The notes beneath the pieces are model-generated. The model was given only the letters and a program-made list of their open reading frames with translations, was not told the DNA's origin and ran no database searches. Positions 31,053-46,355 of a stretch of 64,000 nucleotides of DNA are shown one piece after another. The stretch is from Eledone cirrhosa (taxonomy: Eukaryota): contig OZ024742.1 of the NCBI GenBank assembly GCA_964016885.1, positions 232,810,001 to 232,874,000 of the forward strand. Reading direction: 5' to 3'. Every line of letters starts with the position of its first letter. The stretch's first letter is position 1. Position numbers and translations under genes: made by a program.

Positions 31053-34000
31053 TAGTGAGAGTACACCAATACATAACAGTCATTACACCAGTCAGTGAGA
31101 GTACACCAATACATAACAATCATTACACCAGTGACAGTACACCAATACATAACAGTCATTACATCAGTCAGTGACAGTACACCAATACATAACAGTCATT
31201 ACACCAGTGACAGTACACCAATACATAACAGTCATTACATTAGTCAGTGACAGTACACCAATACATAACAGTCATTACACCAGTGACAGTACACCAATAC
31301 ATAACAGTCATTACACCAGTCAGTGAGAGTACACCAATACATAACAGTCATTACACCAGTGACAGTACACCAATACATAACAGTCATTACATCAGTCAGT
31401 GACAGTACACCAATACATAACAGTCATTACACCAGTCAGTGACAGTACACCAATACATAACAGTTATTACATCAGTCAGTGACAGTACACCAATACATAA
31501 CAGTCATTACACCAGTGACAGTACACCAATACATAACAGTCATTACACCAGTCAGTGACAGTACACCAATACATAACAGTCATTACACCAGTGACAGTAC
31601 ACCAATACATAACAGTCATTACATCAGTCAGTGACAGTACACCAATACATAACAGTCATTACACCAGTCAGTGACAGTACACCAATACATAAAAGTCATT
31701 ACACCAGTGACAGTACACCAATACATAACAGTCATTACATCAGTCAGTGACAGTACACCAATACATAACAGTCATTACACCAGTCAGTGACAGTACACCA
31801 ATACATAACAGTCATTACATCAGTCAGTGAGAGTACACCAATACATAACAGTCCTTACACCAGTGACAGTACACCAATACATAACAGTCATTACACCAGT
31901 CAGTGACAGTACACCAATACATAACAGTCATTACATCAGTCAGTGACAGTACACCAATACATAACAGTCATTACATCAGTCAGTGACAGTGCACCAATAC
32001 ATAACAGTCATTACACCAGTGACAGTACACCAATACATAACAGTCATTACACCAGTCAGTGAGAGTACACCAATACATAACAGTCATTACACTAGTGACA
32101 GTACACCAATACATAACAGTCATTACACCAGTCAGTGACAGTACACCAATACATAACGGTCATTACACCAGTTCGTGACAGTACACTAATACATAACAGT
32201 CATTACACCAGCCAGTGACAGTACTCCAATATATAACAGTCATTACATCAGTCAGTGACAGTACACCATTACATAACAGTCATTACATCAGTCAGTGACA
32301 GTACACCAATATATAACAGTCATTACACCAGTCAGTGAGAGTACACCAATACATAACAGTCATTACACTAGTGACAGTACACCAACACATAATAGTCATG
32401 ACACCAGTCAGTGACAGTACACCAGTATATAACAATCATTACACCAGTGACAGTACACCAATACATAACAGTCATTACACCAGTGACAGTACACCAATAC
32501 ATAACAGTCATTACATTAGTCCGTGACAGTACACCAATACATAACAGTCATTACACCAGTGACAGTACACCAATAAATAACAGTCATTACATCAGTCAGT
32601 GAGAGTACACAAAAACATAAGTCATTACATCAATCAGTGACAGTACACCAATACATAACAGTCATTACATCAGTCAGTGACAGTACACCAATACATAACA
32701 GTCATTACATCGGTCAGTGAGAGTACACCAATACATAACAGTCATTACATCAGTCAGTGAGAGTACACCAATACATAACAGTCATTACACCAGTCAGTGA
32801 CAGTACACCAATACATAACAGTCATTACATCAGTCAGTGAGAGTACACCAATACATAACAGTCCTTACACCAGTGACAGTACACCAATACATAACAGTCA
32901 TTACACCAGTGACAGTACACCAATACATAACAGTCATTACATCAGTCAGTGACAGTACACCAATACATAACAGTCATTACACCAGTGACAGTACACCAAT
33001 ACATAACAGTCATTACACCAGTGACAGTACACCAATACATAACAGTCATTACACCAGTCAGTGACAGTACACCAATACATAACAGTCATTACATCAGTCA
33101 GTGAGAGTACACCAATACATAACAGTCCTTACACCAGTGACAGTACACCAATACATAACAGTCATTACACCAGTGACAGTACACCAATACATAACAGTCC
33201 TTACACCAGTGACAGTACACCAATACATAACAGTCATTACACCACTGACAGTACACCAATACATAACAGTCATTACACCAGTCAGTGACAGTACACCAAT
33301 ACATAACAGTCATTACATCAGTCAGTGAGAGTACACCAATACATAACAGTCCTTACACCAGTGACAGTACACCAATACATAACAGCCATTACATCAGTCA
33401 GTGACAGTACACCAATACATAACAGTCATTACATCAGTCAGTGACAGTACACCAATACATAACAGTCATTACACCAGTGACAGTACACCAATACATAACA
33501 GTCATTATAACAGTCAGTGACAGTACACCAATACATAATAGTCATTACACCAGTCAGTGAGAGTACACCAATACATAACAGTCATTACACCAGTGAGAGG
33601 ACACCAATACATAACAGTCATTACACCAGTCAGTGAGAGTACACCAATACATAACAGTCATTACACCAGTGACAGTACACCAATACATAACAGTCATTAC
33701 ACCAGTCAGTGACAGTACACCAATACATAACAGTCATTACACCAGTTCGTGACAGTACACTAATACATAACAGTCATTACACCAGCCAGTGACAGTACTC
33801 CAATATATAACAGTCATTACATCAGTCAGTGACAGTACAGCAATATATAACAGTCATTACACCAGTCAGTGACAGTACACCAATACATAACAGTCATTAC
33901 ATCAGTCAGTGACAGTACACCAATATATAACAGTCATTACACCAGTCAGTGACAGTACACCAATATATAACAGTCATTACATCAGTCAGTGACAGTACAC

Positions 34001-37000
34001 CAATATATAACAGTCATTACACCAGTTCGTGACAGTACACTAATACATAACAGTCATTACACCAGCCAGTGACAGTACTCCAATATATATCAGTCAGTGA
34101 CAGTACACCAATATATAACAGTCTTTACATCAGTCAGTGACAGTACACCAATATATAACAGTCATTACACCAGTCAGTGACAGTACACCAATATATAACA
34201 GTCATTACATCAGTCAGTGACAGTACACCAATATATAACAGTCATTACACCAGTCAGTGACAGTACACCAATACATAACAGTCATTACACCAGTGACAGT
34301 ACACCAATACATAACAGTCTTTACACCAGTGACAGTACACCAATACATAACAGTCATTACACCAGTGACAGTACACCAATACATAACAGTCATTACACCA
34401 GTCAGTGACAGTACACCAATACATAACAGTCATTACACAAGTCAGTGACACTACACCAATACATAACAGTCATTACCTCAGTCACTGAGAGTACACCAAT
34501 ACATAACAGTCATTACATCAGTCAGTGACAGTACACCAATACATCACAGTCATTACACCAGTGACAGTACACCAATACATAACAGTCATTACATCAGTCA
34601 GTGACAGTACACCAATACATAACAGTCATTACATCAGTCAGTGACAGTACACCAATACATAACAGTCATTACACCAGTGACAGTACACCAATACATAACA
34701 GTCATTACACCAGTGACAGTACACCAATACATAACAGTCATTACACCAGTCAGTGACAGTACACCAATACATAACAGTCATTACACCAGTGACAGTACAC
34801 CAATACATTACAGTCATTACACCAGTGACAGTACACCAATACATAACAGTCATTATAACAGTCAGTGACAGTACACCAATACATAATAGTCATTACACCA
34901 GTCAGTGAGAGTACACCAATACATAACAGTCATTACACCAGTGACAGGACACCAATACATAACAGTCATTACACCAGTCAGTGAGAGTACACCAATACAT
35001 AACAGTCATTACACCAGTGACAGTACACCAATACATAACAGTCATTACACCAGTCAGTGACAGTACACCAATACATAACAGTCATTACACCAGTTCGTGA
35101 CAGTACACTAATACATAACAGTCATTACACCAGCCAGTGACAGTACTCCAATATATAACAGTCATTACATCAGTCAGTGACAGTACAGCAATATATAACA
35201 GTCATTACACCAGTCAGTGACAGTACACCAATACATAACAGTCATTACATCAGTCAGTGACAGTACACACATATATAACAGTCATTACACCAGTCAGTGA
35301 CAGTACACCAATATATAACAGTCATTACATCAGTCAGTGACAGTACACCAATATATAACAGTCATTACACCAGTTCGTGACAGTACACTAATACATAACA
35401 GTCATTACACCAGCCAGTGACAGTACTCCAATATATATCAGTCAGTGACAGTACACCAATATATAACAGTCTTTACATCAGTCAGTGACAGTACACCAAT
35501 ATATAACAGTCATTACACCAGTCAGTGACAGTACACCAATATATAACAGTCATTACATCAGTCAGTGACAGTACACCAATATATAACAGTCATTACACCA
35601 GTCAGTGACAGTACACCAATACATAACAGTCATTACACCAGTGACAGTACACCAATACATAACAGTCTTTACACCAGTGACAGTACACCAATATATAACA
35701 GTCATTACACCAGTCAGTGACAGTACACCAATACATAACAGTCATTAGACAAGTCAGTGACACTACACCAATACATAACAGTCATTACCTCAGTCACTGA
35801 CAGTACACCAATACATAACAGTCATTACATCAGTCAGTGACAGTACACCAATACATCACAGTCATTACACCAGTGACAGTACACCAATACATAACAGTCA
35901 ATACATCAGTCAGTGACAGTACACCAATACATAACAGTCATTACATCAGTCAGTGACAGTACACCAATACATAACAGTCATTACACCAGTCAGTGACAGT
36001 ACACCAATACATAACAGTCATTACACCAGTCAGTGACAGTACACCAATACATAACAGTCATTACATCAGTCAGTGACAGTACACCAATACATAACAGTCA
36101 TTACATCAGTCAGTGACAGTACACCAATACATAACAGTCATTACATCAGTCAGTGACAGTACACCAATACATAACAGTCATTACATCAGTCAGTGACAGT
36201 ACACCAATACATAACAGTCATTACACCAGTGACAGTACACCAATACATAACAGTCATTACACCAGTCAGTGACAGTACACCAATACATAACAGTCATTAC
36301 ACCAGTGACAGTACACCAATACATTACAGTCATTACACCAGTGACAGTACACCAATACATAACAGTCATTACACCAGTGACAGTACACCAATACATAACA
36401 GTCATTACACCAGTGACAGTACACCAATACATAACCGTCATTACATCAGTGACAGTACACCAATACATAACAGTCATTACACCAGCCAGTGACAGTACAC
36501 CAATACATAACAGTCATTACATCAGTCAGTGACAGTACACCAATACATAACAGTCATTACACCAGTGACAGTACACCAATACATAACAGTCATTACACCA
36601 GTGACAGTACACCAATACATAACAGTCATTACACCAGTGACAGTACACCAATACATAACAGTCATTACATCAGTCAGTGACAGTACACCAATACATAACA
36701 GTCATTACACCAGTGACAGTACACCAATACATAACAGTCATTACACCAGTCAGTGACAGTACACCAATACATCACAGTCATTACACCAGTGACAGTACAC
36801 CAATACATAACAGTCATTACATCAGTCAGTGACAGTACACCAATACATAACAGTCATTACATCAGTCAGTGACAGTACACCAATACATAACAGTCATTAC
36901 ATCAGTCAGTGACAGTACACCAATACATAACAGTCATTACATCAGTCAGTGACAGTACACCAATACATAACAGTCATTACATCAGTCAGTGACAGTACAC

Positions 37001-40000
37001 CAATACATAACAGTCATTACACCAGTGACAGTACACCAATACATAACAGTCATTACACCAGTGACAGTACACCAATACATAACAGTCATTACACCAGTGA
37101 CAGTACACCAATACATAACAGTCATTACATCAGTCAGTGACAGTACACCAATACATAACAGTCATTACACCAGTGACAGTACACCAATACATAACAGTCA
37201 TTACACCAGTCAGTGACAGTACACCAATACATAACAGTCATTACACCAGTCAGTGACAGGACACCAATACATAACAGTCATTACACCAGTGACAGTACAC
37301 CAATACATAACAGTCATTACACCAGTGACAGTACACCAATACATAACAGTCATTACATCAGTCAGTGAGAGTACACCAATACATAACAGTCCTTACACCA
37401 GTGACAGTACACCAATACATAACAGTCATTACACCAGTGACAGTACACCAATACATAACAGTCATTACACCAGTGACAGTACACCAATACATAACAGTCA
37501 TTACACCAGTGACAGTACACCAATACATAACAATCATTACACCAGTCAGTGACAGTACACCAATACATAACAGTCATTACATCAGTCAGTGACAGTACAC
37601 CAATACATAACAGTCATTACACCAGTCAGTGACAGTACACCAATACATAACAGTCATTACATCAGTCAGTGACAGTACACCAATATATAACAGTCATTAC
37701 ACCAGTGACAGTACACCAATACATAACAATCATTACACCAGTCAGTGACAGTACACCAATACATAACAGTCATTACATCAGTCAGTGACAGTACACCAAT
37801 ACATAACAGTCATTACACCAGTCAGTGACAGTACACCATAACATAACAGTCATTACACCAGTCAGTGACAGTACACCAATGCATAACAGTCATTACATCA
37901 GTCAGTGAGAGTACACAAATACATAACAGTCATTACACCAGTGACAGTACACCAATACATAACAGTCATTACACCAGTGACAGTACACCAATACATAACA
38001 GTCATTACATCAGTCAGTGACAGTACGCCAATACATAACAGTCATTACATCAGTCAGTGAGAGTACACCAATACATAACAGTCATTACATCAGTCAGTGA
38101 CAGTACACCAATACATAACAGTCATTACACCAGTCAATGACAGTACACCATAACATAACAGTCATTACACCAGTCAGTGAGAGTACACCAATACATAACA
38201 GTCATTACATCAGTCAGTGAGAGTACACCAATACATAACAGTCATTACATCAGTCAGTGACAGTACACCAATACATAACAGTCATTACACCAGTCAATGA
38301 CAGTACACCATAACATAACAGTCACTACACCAGTCAGTGACAGTACACCAATACATAACAGTCATTACATCAGTCAGTGAGAGTACACCAATACATAACA
38401 GTCATTACATCAGTCAGTGACAGTACACCAATACATAACAGTCATTACACCAGTCAATGACAGTACACCATAACATAACAGTCATTACACCAGTCAGTGA
38501 GAGTACACCAATACATAACAGTCATTACATCAGTCAGTAAGAGTACACCAATACATAACAGTCATTACATCAGTCAGTGACAGTACACCAATACATAACA
38601 GTCATTACACCAGTCAATGACAGTACACCATAACATAACAGTCATTACACCAGTCAGTGACAGTACGCCAATACATAACAGTCATTACATCAGTCAGTGA
38701 GAGTACACCAATACATAACAGTCATTACATCAGTCAGTGACAGTACACCAATACATAACAGTCAGTACACCAATACATAACAGTCATTACACCAGTCAAT
38801 GACAGTACACCATAACATAACAGTCATTACACCAGTCAGTGACAGTACACCAATACATAACAGTCATTACATCAGTCAGTGAGAGTACACCAATACATAA
38901 CAGTCATTACACCAGTGACAGTACACCAATACATAACAGCCATTACATCAGTCAGTGACAGTACACCAATACATAACAGTCATTACATCAGTTAGTGAGA
39001 GTACACCAATACATAACAGTCATTACACCAGTGACAGTACACCAATACATAACAGCCATTACATCAGTCAGTGACAGTACACCAAAACATAACAGTCATT
39101 ACATCAGTAAGTGAGAGTACACCAATACATAACAGTCATTACATCAGTCAGTGAGAGTACACCAATACATAACAGTCATTACATCAGTTAGTGAGAGTAC
39201 ACCAATACATAACAGTCATTACATCAGTCAGTGAGAGTACACCAATACATAACAGTCATTACATCAGTAAGTGACAGTACACCAATACATAACAGTCATT
39301 ACACCAGTCAGTGAGAGTACACCAATACATAACAGTCATTACACCAGTGACAGTACACCAATACATAACAGTCATTACACCAGTCAGTGACAGTACACCA
39401 ATACATACCAGTCATTACATCAGTCAGTGAGAGTACACCAATACATAACAGTCATTACACCAGTGACAGTACACCAATACATAACAGTCATTACACCAGT
39501 GACAGTACACCAATACATAACAGTCATTACATCAGTCAGTGACAGTACGCCAATACATAACAGTCATTACATCAGTCAGTGAGAGTACACCAATACATAA
39601 CAGTCATTACATCAGTCAGTGACAGTACACCAATACATAACAGTCATTACACCAGTCAGTGACAGTACACATAACAGTCATTACACCAGTCAGTGACAGT
39701 ACACCAATACATAACAATCATTACATCAGTCAGTGAGAGTACACCAATACATAACAGTCATTACACCAGTGACAGTACACCAATACATAACAGTCATTAC
39801 ACCAGTCAGTGACAGTACACCAATACATAACAGCCATTACATCAGTCAGTGACAGTACACCAATACATAACAGCCATTACATCAGTCAGTGACAGTACAC
39901 CAATACATAACAGTCATTACATCAGTTAGTGAGAGTACACCAATACATAACAGTCATTACACCAGTGACAGTACACCAATACATAACAGCCATTACATCA

Positions 40001-43000
40001 GTCAGTGACAGTACACCAAATCATAACAGTCATTACATCAGTAAGTGAGAGTACACCAATACATAACAGTCATTACATCAGTCAGTGAGAGTACACCAAT
40101 ACATAACAGTCAATACATCAGTTAGTGAGAGTACACCAATACATAACAGTCATTACACCAGTCAGTGAGAGTACACCAATACATAACAATCATTACACCA
40201 GTGACAGTACACCAATACATAACAGTCATTACATCAGTCAGTGACAGTACACCAATACATAACAGTCATTACACCAGTGACAGTACACCAATACATAACA
40301 GTCATTACATTAGTCAGTGACAGTACACCAATACATAACAGTCATTACACCAGTGACAGTACACCAATACATAACAGTCATTACACCAGTCAGTGAGAGT
40401 ACACCAATACATAACAGTCATTACACCAGTGACAGTACACCAATACATAACAGTCATTACATCAGTCAGTGACAGTACACCAATACATAACAGTCATTAC
40501 ACCAGTCAGTGACAGTACACCAATACATAACAGTTATTACATCAGTCAGTGACAGTACACCAATACATAACAGTCATTACACCAGTGACAGTACACCAAT
40601 ACATAACAGTCATTACACCAGTCAGTGACAGTACACCAATACATAACAGTCATTACACCAGTGACAGTACACCAATACATAACAGTCATTACATCAGTCA
40701 GTGACAGTACACCAATACATAACAGTCATTACACCAGTCAGTGACAGTACACCAATACATAAAAGTCATTACACCAGTGACAGTACACCAATACATAACA
40801 GTCATTACATCAGTCAGTGACAGTACACCAATACATAACAGTCATTACACCAGTCAGTGACAGTACACCAATACATAACAGTCATTACATCAGTCAGTGA
40901 GAGTACACCAATACATAACAGTCCTTACACCAGTGACAGTACACCAATACATAACAGTCATTACACCAGTCAGTGACAGTACACCAATACATAACAGTCA
41001 TTACATCAGTCAGTGACAGTACACCAATACATAACAGTCATTACATCAGTCAGTGACAGTGCACCAATACATAACAGTCATTACACCAGTGACAGTACAC
41101 CAATACATAACAGTCATTACACCAGTCAGTGAGAGTACACCAATACATAACAGTCATTACACTAGTGACAGTACACCAATACATAACAGTCATTACACCA
41201 GTCAGTGACAGTACACCAATACATAACGGTCATTACACCAGTTCGTGACAGTACACTAATACATAACAGTCATTACACCAGCCAGTGACAGTACTCCAAT
41301 ATATAACAGTCATTACATCAGTCAGTGACAGTACACCATTACATAACAGTCATTACATCAGTCAGTGACAGTACACCAATATATAACAGTCATTACACCA
41401 GTCAGTGAGAGTACACCAATACATAACAGTCATTACACTAGTGACAGTACACCAACACATAATAGTCATGACACCAGTCAGTGACAGTACACCAGTATAT
41501 AACAATCATTACACCAGTGACAGTACACCAATACATAACAGTCATTACACCAGTGACAGTACACCAATACATAACAGTCATTACATTAGTCCGTGACAGT
41601 ACACCAATACATAACAGTCATTACACCAGTGACAGTACACCAATAAATAACAGTCATTACATCAGTCAGTGAGAGTACACAAAAACATAAGTCATTACAT
41701 CAATCAGTGACAGTACACCAATACATAACAGTCATTACATCAGTCAGTGACAGTACACCAATACATAACAGTCATTACATCGGTCAGTGAGAGTACACCA
41801 ATACATAACAGTCATTACATCAGTCAGTGAGAGTACACCAATACATAACAGTCATTACACCAGTCAGTGACAGTACACCAATACATAACAGTCATTACAT
41901 CAGTCAGTGAGAGTACACCAATACATAACAGTCCTTACACCAGTGACAGTACACCAATACATAACAGTCATTACACCAGTGACAGTACACCAATACATAA
42001 CAGTCATTACATCAGTCAGTGACAGTACACCAATACATAACAGTCATTACACCAGTGACAGTACACCAATACATAACAGTCATTACACCAGTGACAGTAC
42101 ACCAATACATAACAGTCATTACACCAGTCAGTGACAGTACACCAATACATAACAGTCATTACATCAGTCAGTGAGAGTACACCAATACATAACAGTCCTT
42201 ACACCAGTGACAGTACACCAATACATAACAGTCATTACACCAGTGACAGTACACCAATACATAACAGTCCTTACACCAGTGACAGTACACCAATACATAA
42301 CAGTCATTACACCACTGACAGTACACCAATACATAACAGTCATTACACCAGTCAGTGACAGTACACCAATACATAACAGTCATTACATCAGTCAGTGAGA
42401 GTACACCAATACATAACAGTCCTTACACCAGTGACAGTACACCAATACATAACAGCCATTACATCAGTCAGTGACAGTACACCAATACATAACAGTCATT
42501 ACATCAGTCAGTGACAGTACACCAATACATAACAGTCATTACACCAGTGACAGTACACCAATACATAACAGTCATTATAACAGTCAGTGACAGTACACCA
42601 ATACATAATAGTCATTACACCAGTCAGTGAGAGTACACCAATACATAACAGTCATTACACCAGTGAGAGGACACCAATACATAACAGTCATTACACCAGT
42701 CAGTGAGAGTACACCAATACATAACAGTCATTACACCAGTGACAGTACACCAATACATAACAGTCATTACACCAGTCAGTGACAGTACACCAATACATAA
42801 CAGTCATTACACCAGTTCGTGACAGTACACTAATACATAACAGTCATTACACCAGCCAGTGACAGTACTCCAATATATAACAGTCATTACATCAGTCAGT
42901 GACAGTACAGCAATATATAACAGTCATTACACCAGTCAGTGACAGTACACCAATACATAACAGTCATTACATCAGTCAGTGACAGTACACCAATATATAA

Positions 43001-46000
43001 CAGTCATTACACCAGTCAGTGACAGTACACCAATATATAACAGTCATTACATCAGTCAGTGACAGTACACCAATATATAACAGTCATTACACCAGTTCGT
43101 GACAGTACACTAATACATAACAGTCATTACACCAGCCAGTGACAGTACTCCAATATATATCAGTCAGTGACAGTACACCAATATATAACAGTCTTTACAT
43201 CAGTCAGTGACAGTACACCAATATATAACAGTCATTACACCAGTCAGTGACAGTACACCAATATATAACAGTCATTACATCAGTCAGTGACAGTACACCA
43301 ATATATAACAGTCATTACACCAGTCAGTGACAGTACACCAATACATAACAGTCATTACACCAGTGACAGTACACCAATACATAACAGTCTTTACACCAGT
43401 GACAGTACACCAATACATAACAGTCATTACACCAGTGACAGTACACCAATACATAACAGTCATTACACCAGTCAGTGACAGTACACCAATACATAACAGT
43501 CATTACACAAGTCAGTGACACTACACCAATACATAACAGTCATTACCTCAGTCACTGAGAGTACACCAATACATAACAGTCATTACATCAGTCAGTGACA
43601 GTACACCAATACATCACAGTCATTACACCAGTGACAGTACACCAATACATAACAGTCATTACATCAGTCAGTGACAGTACACCAATACATAACAGTCATT
43701 ACATCAGTCAGTGACAGTACACCAATACATAACAGTCATTACACCAGTGACAGTACACCAATACATAACAGTCATTACACCAGTGACAGTACACCAATAC
43801 ATAACAGTCATTACACCAGTCAGTGACAGTACACCAATACATAACAGTCATTACACCAGTGACAGTACACCAATACATTACAGTCATTACACCAGTGACA
43901 GTACACCAATACATAACAGTCATTATAACAGTCAGTGACAGTACACCAATACATAATAGTCATTACACCAGTCAGTGAGAGTACACCAATACATAACAGT
44001 CATTACACCAGTGACAGGACACCAATACATAACAGTCATTACACCAGTCAGTGAGAGTACACCAATACATAACAGTCATTACACCAGTGACAGTACACCA
44101 ATACATAACAGTCATTACACCAGTCAGTGACAGTACACCAATACATAACAGTCATTACACCAGTTCGTGACAGTACACTAATACATAACAGTCATTACAC
44201 CAGCCAGTGACAGTACTCCAATATATAACAGTCATTACATCAGTCAGTGACAGTACAGCAATATATAACAGTCATTACACCAGTCAGTGACAGTACACCA
44301 ATACATAACAGTCATTACATCAGTCAGTGACAGTACACACATATATAACAGTCATTACACCAGTCAGTGACAGTACACCAATATATAACAGTCATTACAT
44401 CAGTCAGTGACAGTACACCAATATATAACAGTCATTACACCAGTTCGTGACAGTACACTAATACATAACAGTCATTACACCAGCCAGTGACAGTACTCCA
44501 ATATATATCAGTCAGTGACAGTACACCAATATATAACAGTCTTTACATCAGTCAGTGACAGTACACCAATATATAACAGTCATTACACCAGTCAGTGACA
44601 GTACACCAATATATAACAGTCATTACATCAGTCAGTGACAGTACACCAATATATAACAGTCATTACACCAGTCAGTGACAGTACACCAATACATAACAGT
44701 CATTACACCAGTGACAGTACACCAATACATAACAGTCTTTACACCAGTGACAGTACACCAATATATAACAGTCATTACACCAGTCAGTGACAGTACACCA
44801 ATACATAACAGTCATTAGACAAGTCAGTGACACTACACCAATACATAACAGTCATTACCTCAGTCACTGACAGTACACCAATACATAACAGTCATTACAT
44901 CAGTCAGTGACAGTACACCAATACATCACAGTCATTACACCAGTGACAGTACACCAATACATAACAGTCAATACATCAGTCAGTGACAGTACACCAATAC
45001 ATAACAGTCATTACATCAGTCAGTGACAGTACACCAATACATAACAGTCATTACACCAGTCAGTGACAGTACACCAATACATAACAGTCATTACACCAGT
45101 CAGTGACAGTACACCAATACATAACAGTCATTACATCAGTCAGTGACAGTACACCAATACATAACAGTCATTACATCAGTCAGTGACAGTACACCAATAC
45201 ATAACAGTCATTACATCAGTCAGTGACAGTACACCAATACATAACAGTCATTACATCAGTCAGTGACAGTACACCAATACATAACAGTCATTACACCAGT
45301 GACAGTACACCAATACATAACAGTCATTACACCAGTCAGTGACAGTACACCAATACATAACAGTCATTACACCAGTGACAGTACACCAATACATTACAGT
45401 CATTACACCAGTGACAGTACACCAATACATAACAGTCATTACACCAGTGACAGTACACCAATACATAACAGTCATTACACCAGTGACAGTACACCAATAC
45501 ATAACCGTCATTACATCAGTGACAGTACACCAATACATAACAGTCATTACACCAGCCAGTGACAGTACACCAATACATAACAGTCATTACATCAGTCAGT
45601 GACAGTACACCAATACATAACAGTCATTACACCAGTGACAGTACACCAATACATAACAGTCATTACACCAGTGACAGTACACCAATACATAACAGTCATT
45701 ACACCAGTGACAGTACACCAATACATAACAGTCATTACATCAGTCAGTGACAGTACACCAATACATAACAGTCATTACACCAGTGACAGTACACCAATAC
45801 ATAACAGTCATTACACCAGTCAGTGACAGTACACCAATACATCACAGTCATTACACCAGTGACAGTACACCAATACATAACAGTCATTACATCAGTCAGT
45901 GACAGTACACCAATACATAACAGTCATTACATCAGTCAGTGACAGTACACCAATACATAACAGTCATTACATCAGTCAGTGACAGTACACCAATACATAA

Positions 46001-46355
46001 CAGTCATTACATCAGTCAGTGACAGTACACCAATACATAACAGTCATTACATCAGTCAGTGACAGTACACCAATACATAACAGTCATTACACCAGTGACA
46101 GTACACCAATACATAACAGTCATTACACCAGTGACAGTACACCAATACATAACAGTCATTACACCAGTGACAGTACACCAATACATAACAGTCATTACAT
46201 CAGTCAGTGACAGTACACCAATACATAACAGTCATTACACCAGTGACAGTACACCAATACATAACAGTCATTACACCAGTCAGTGACAGTACACCAATAC
46301 ATAACAGTCATTACACCAGTCAGTGACAGGACACCAATACATAACAGTCATTACA
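28115..46355. repeat. Tandem block duplication of ~9.1 kb (offset 9146, then 9070 after a 76-bp indel near 39390)
   Basis: ORF pair 28216/37362 is offset 9146. Pairs 32335/41405, 34217/43287, 36190/45260 and 36989/46059 are offset 9070. GACAGGACACC marks the junction at 37255/46325. Confidence 0.95.
33480..35940. repeat. Older nested duplication, offset 1348 bp, several mismatches
   Basis: TTATAA at 33505/34853 and CAATATATATCAG at 34081/35429. The GTTCGT, TACTCC, TACAGC and CACTAC variants occur in the same order. Confidence 0.88.

Noticed and set aside
33790-34250. TATA-box-like TATATAA motifs
   Set aside because: They arise from a single C>T change in the monomer, and there is no downstream gene context.
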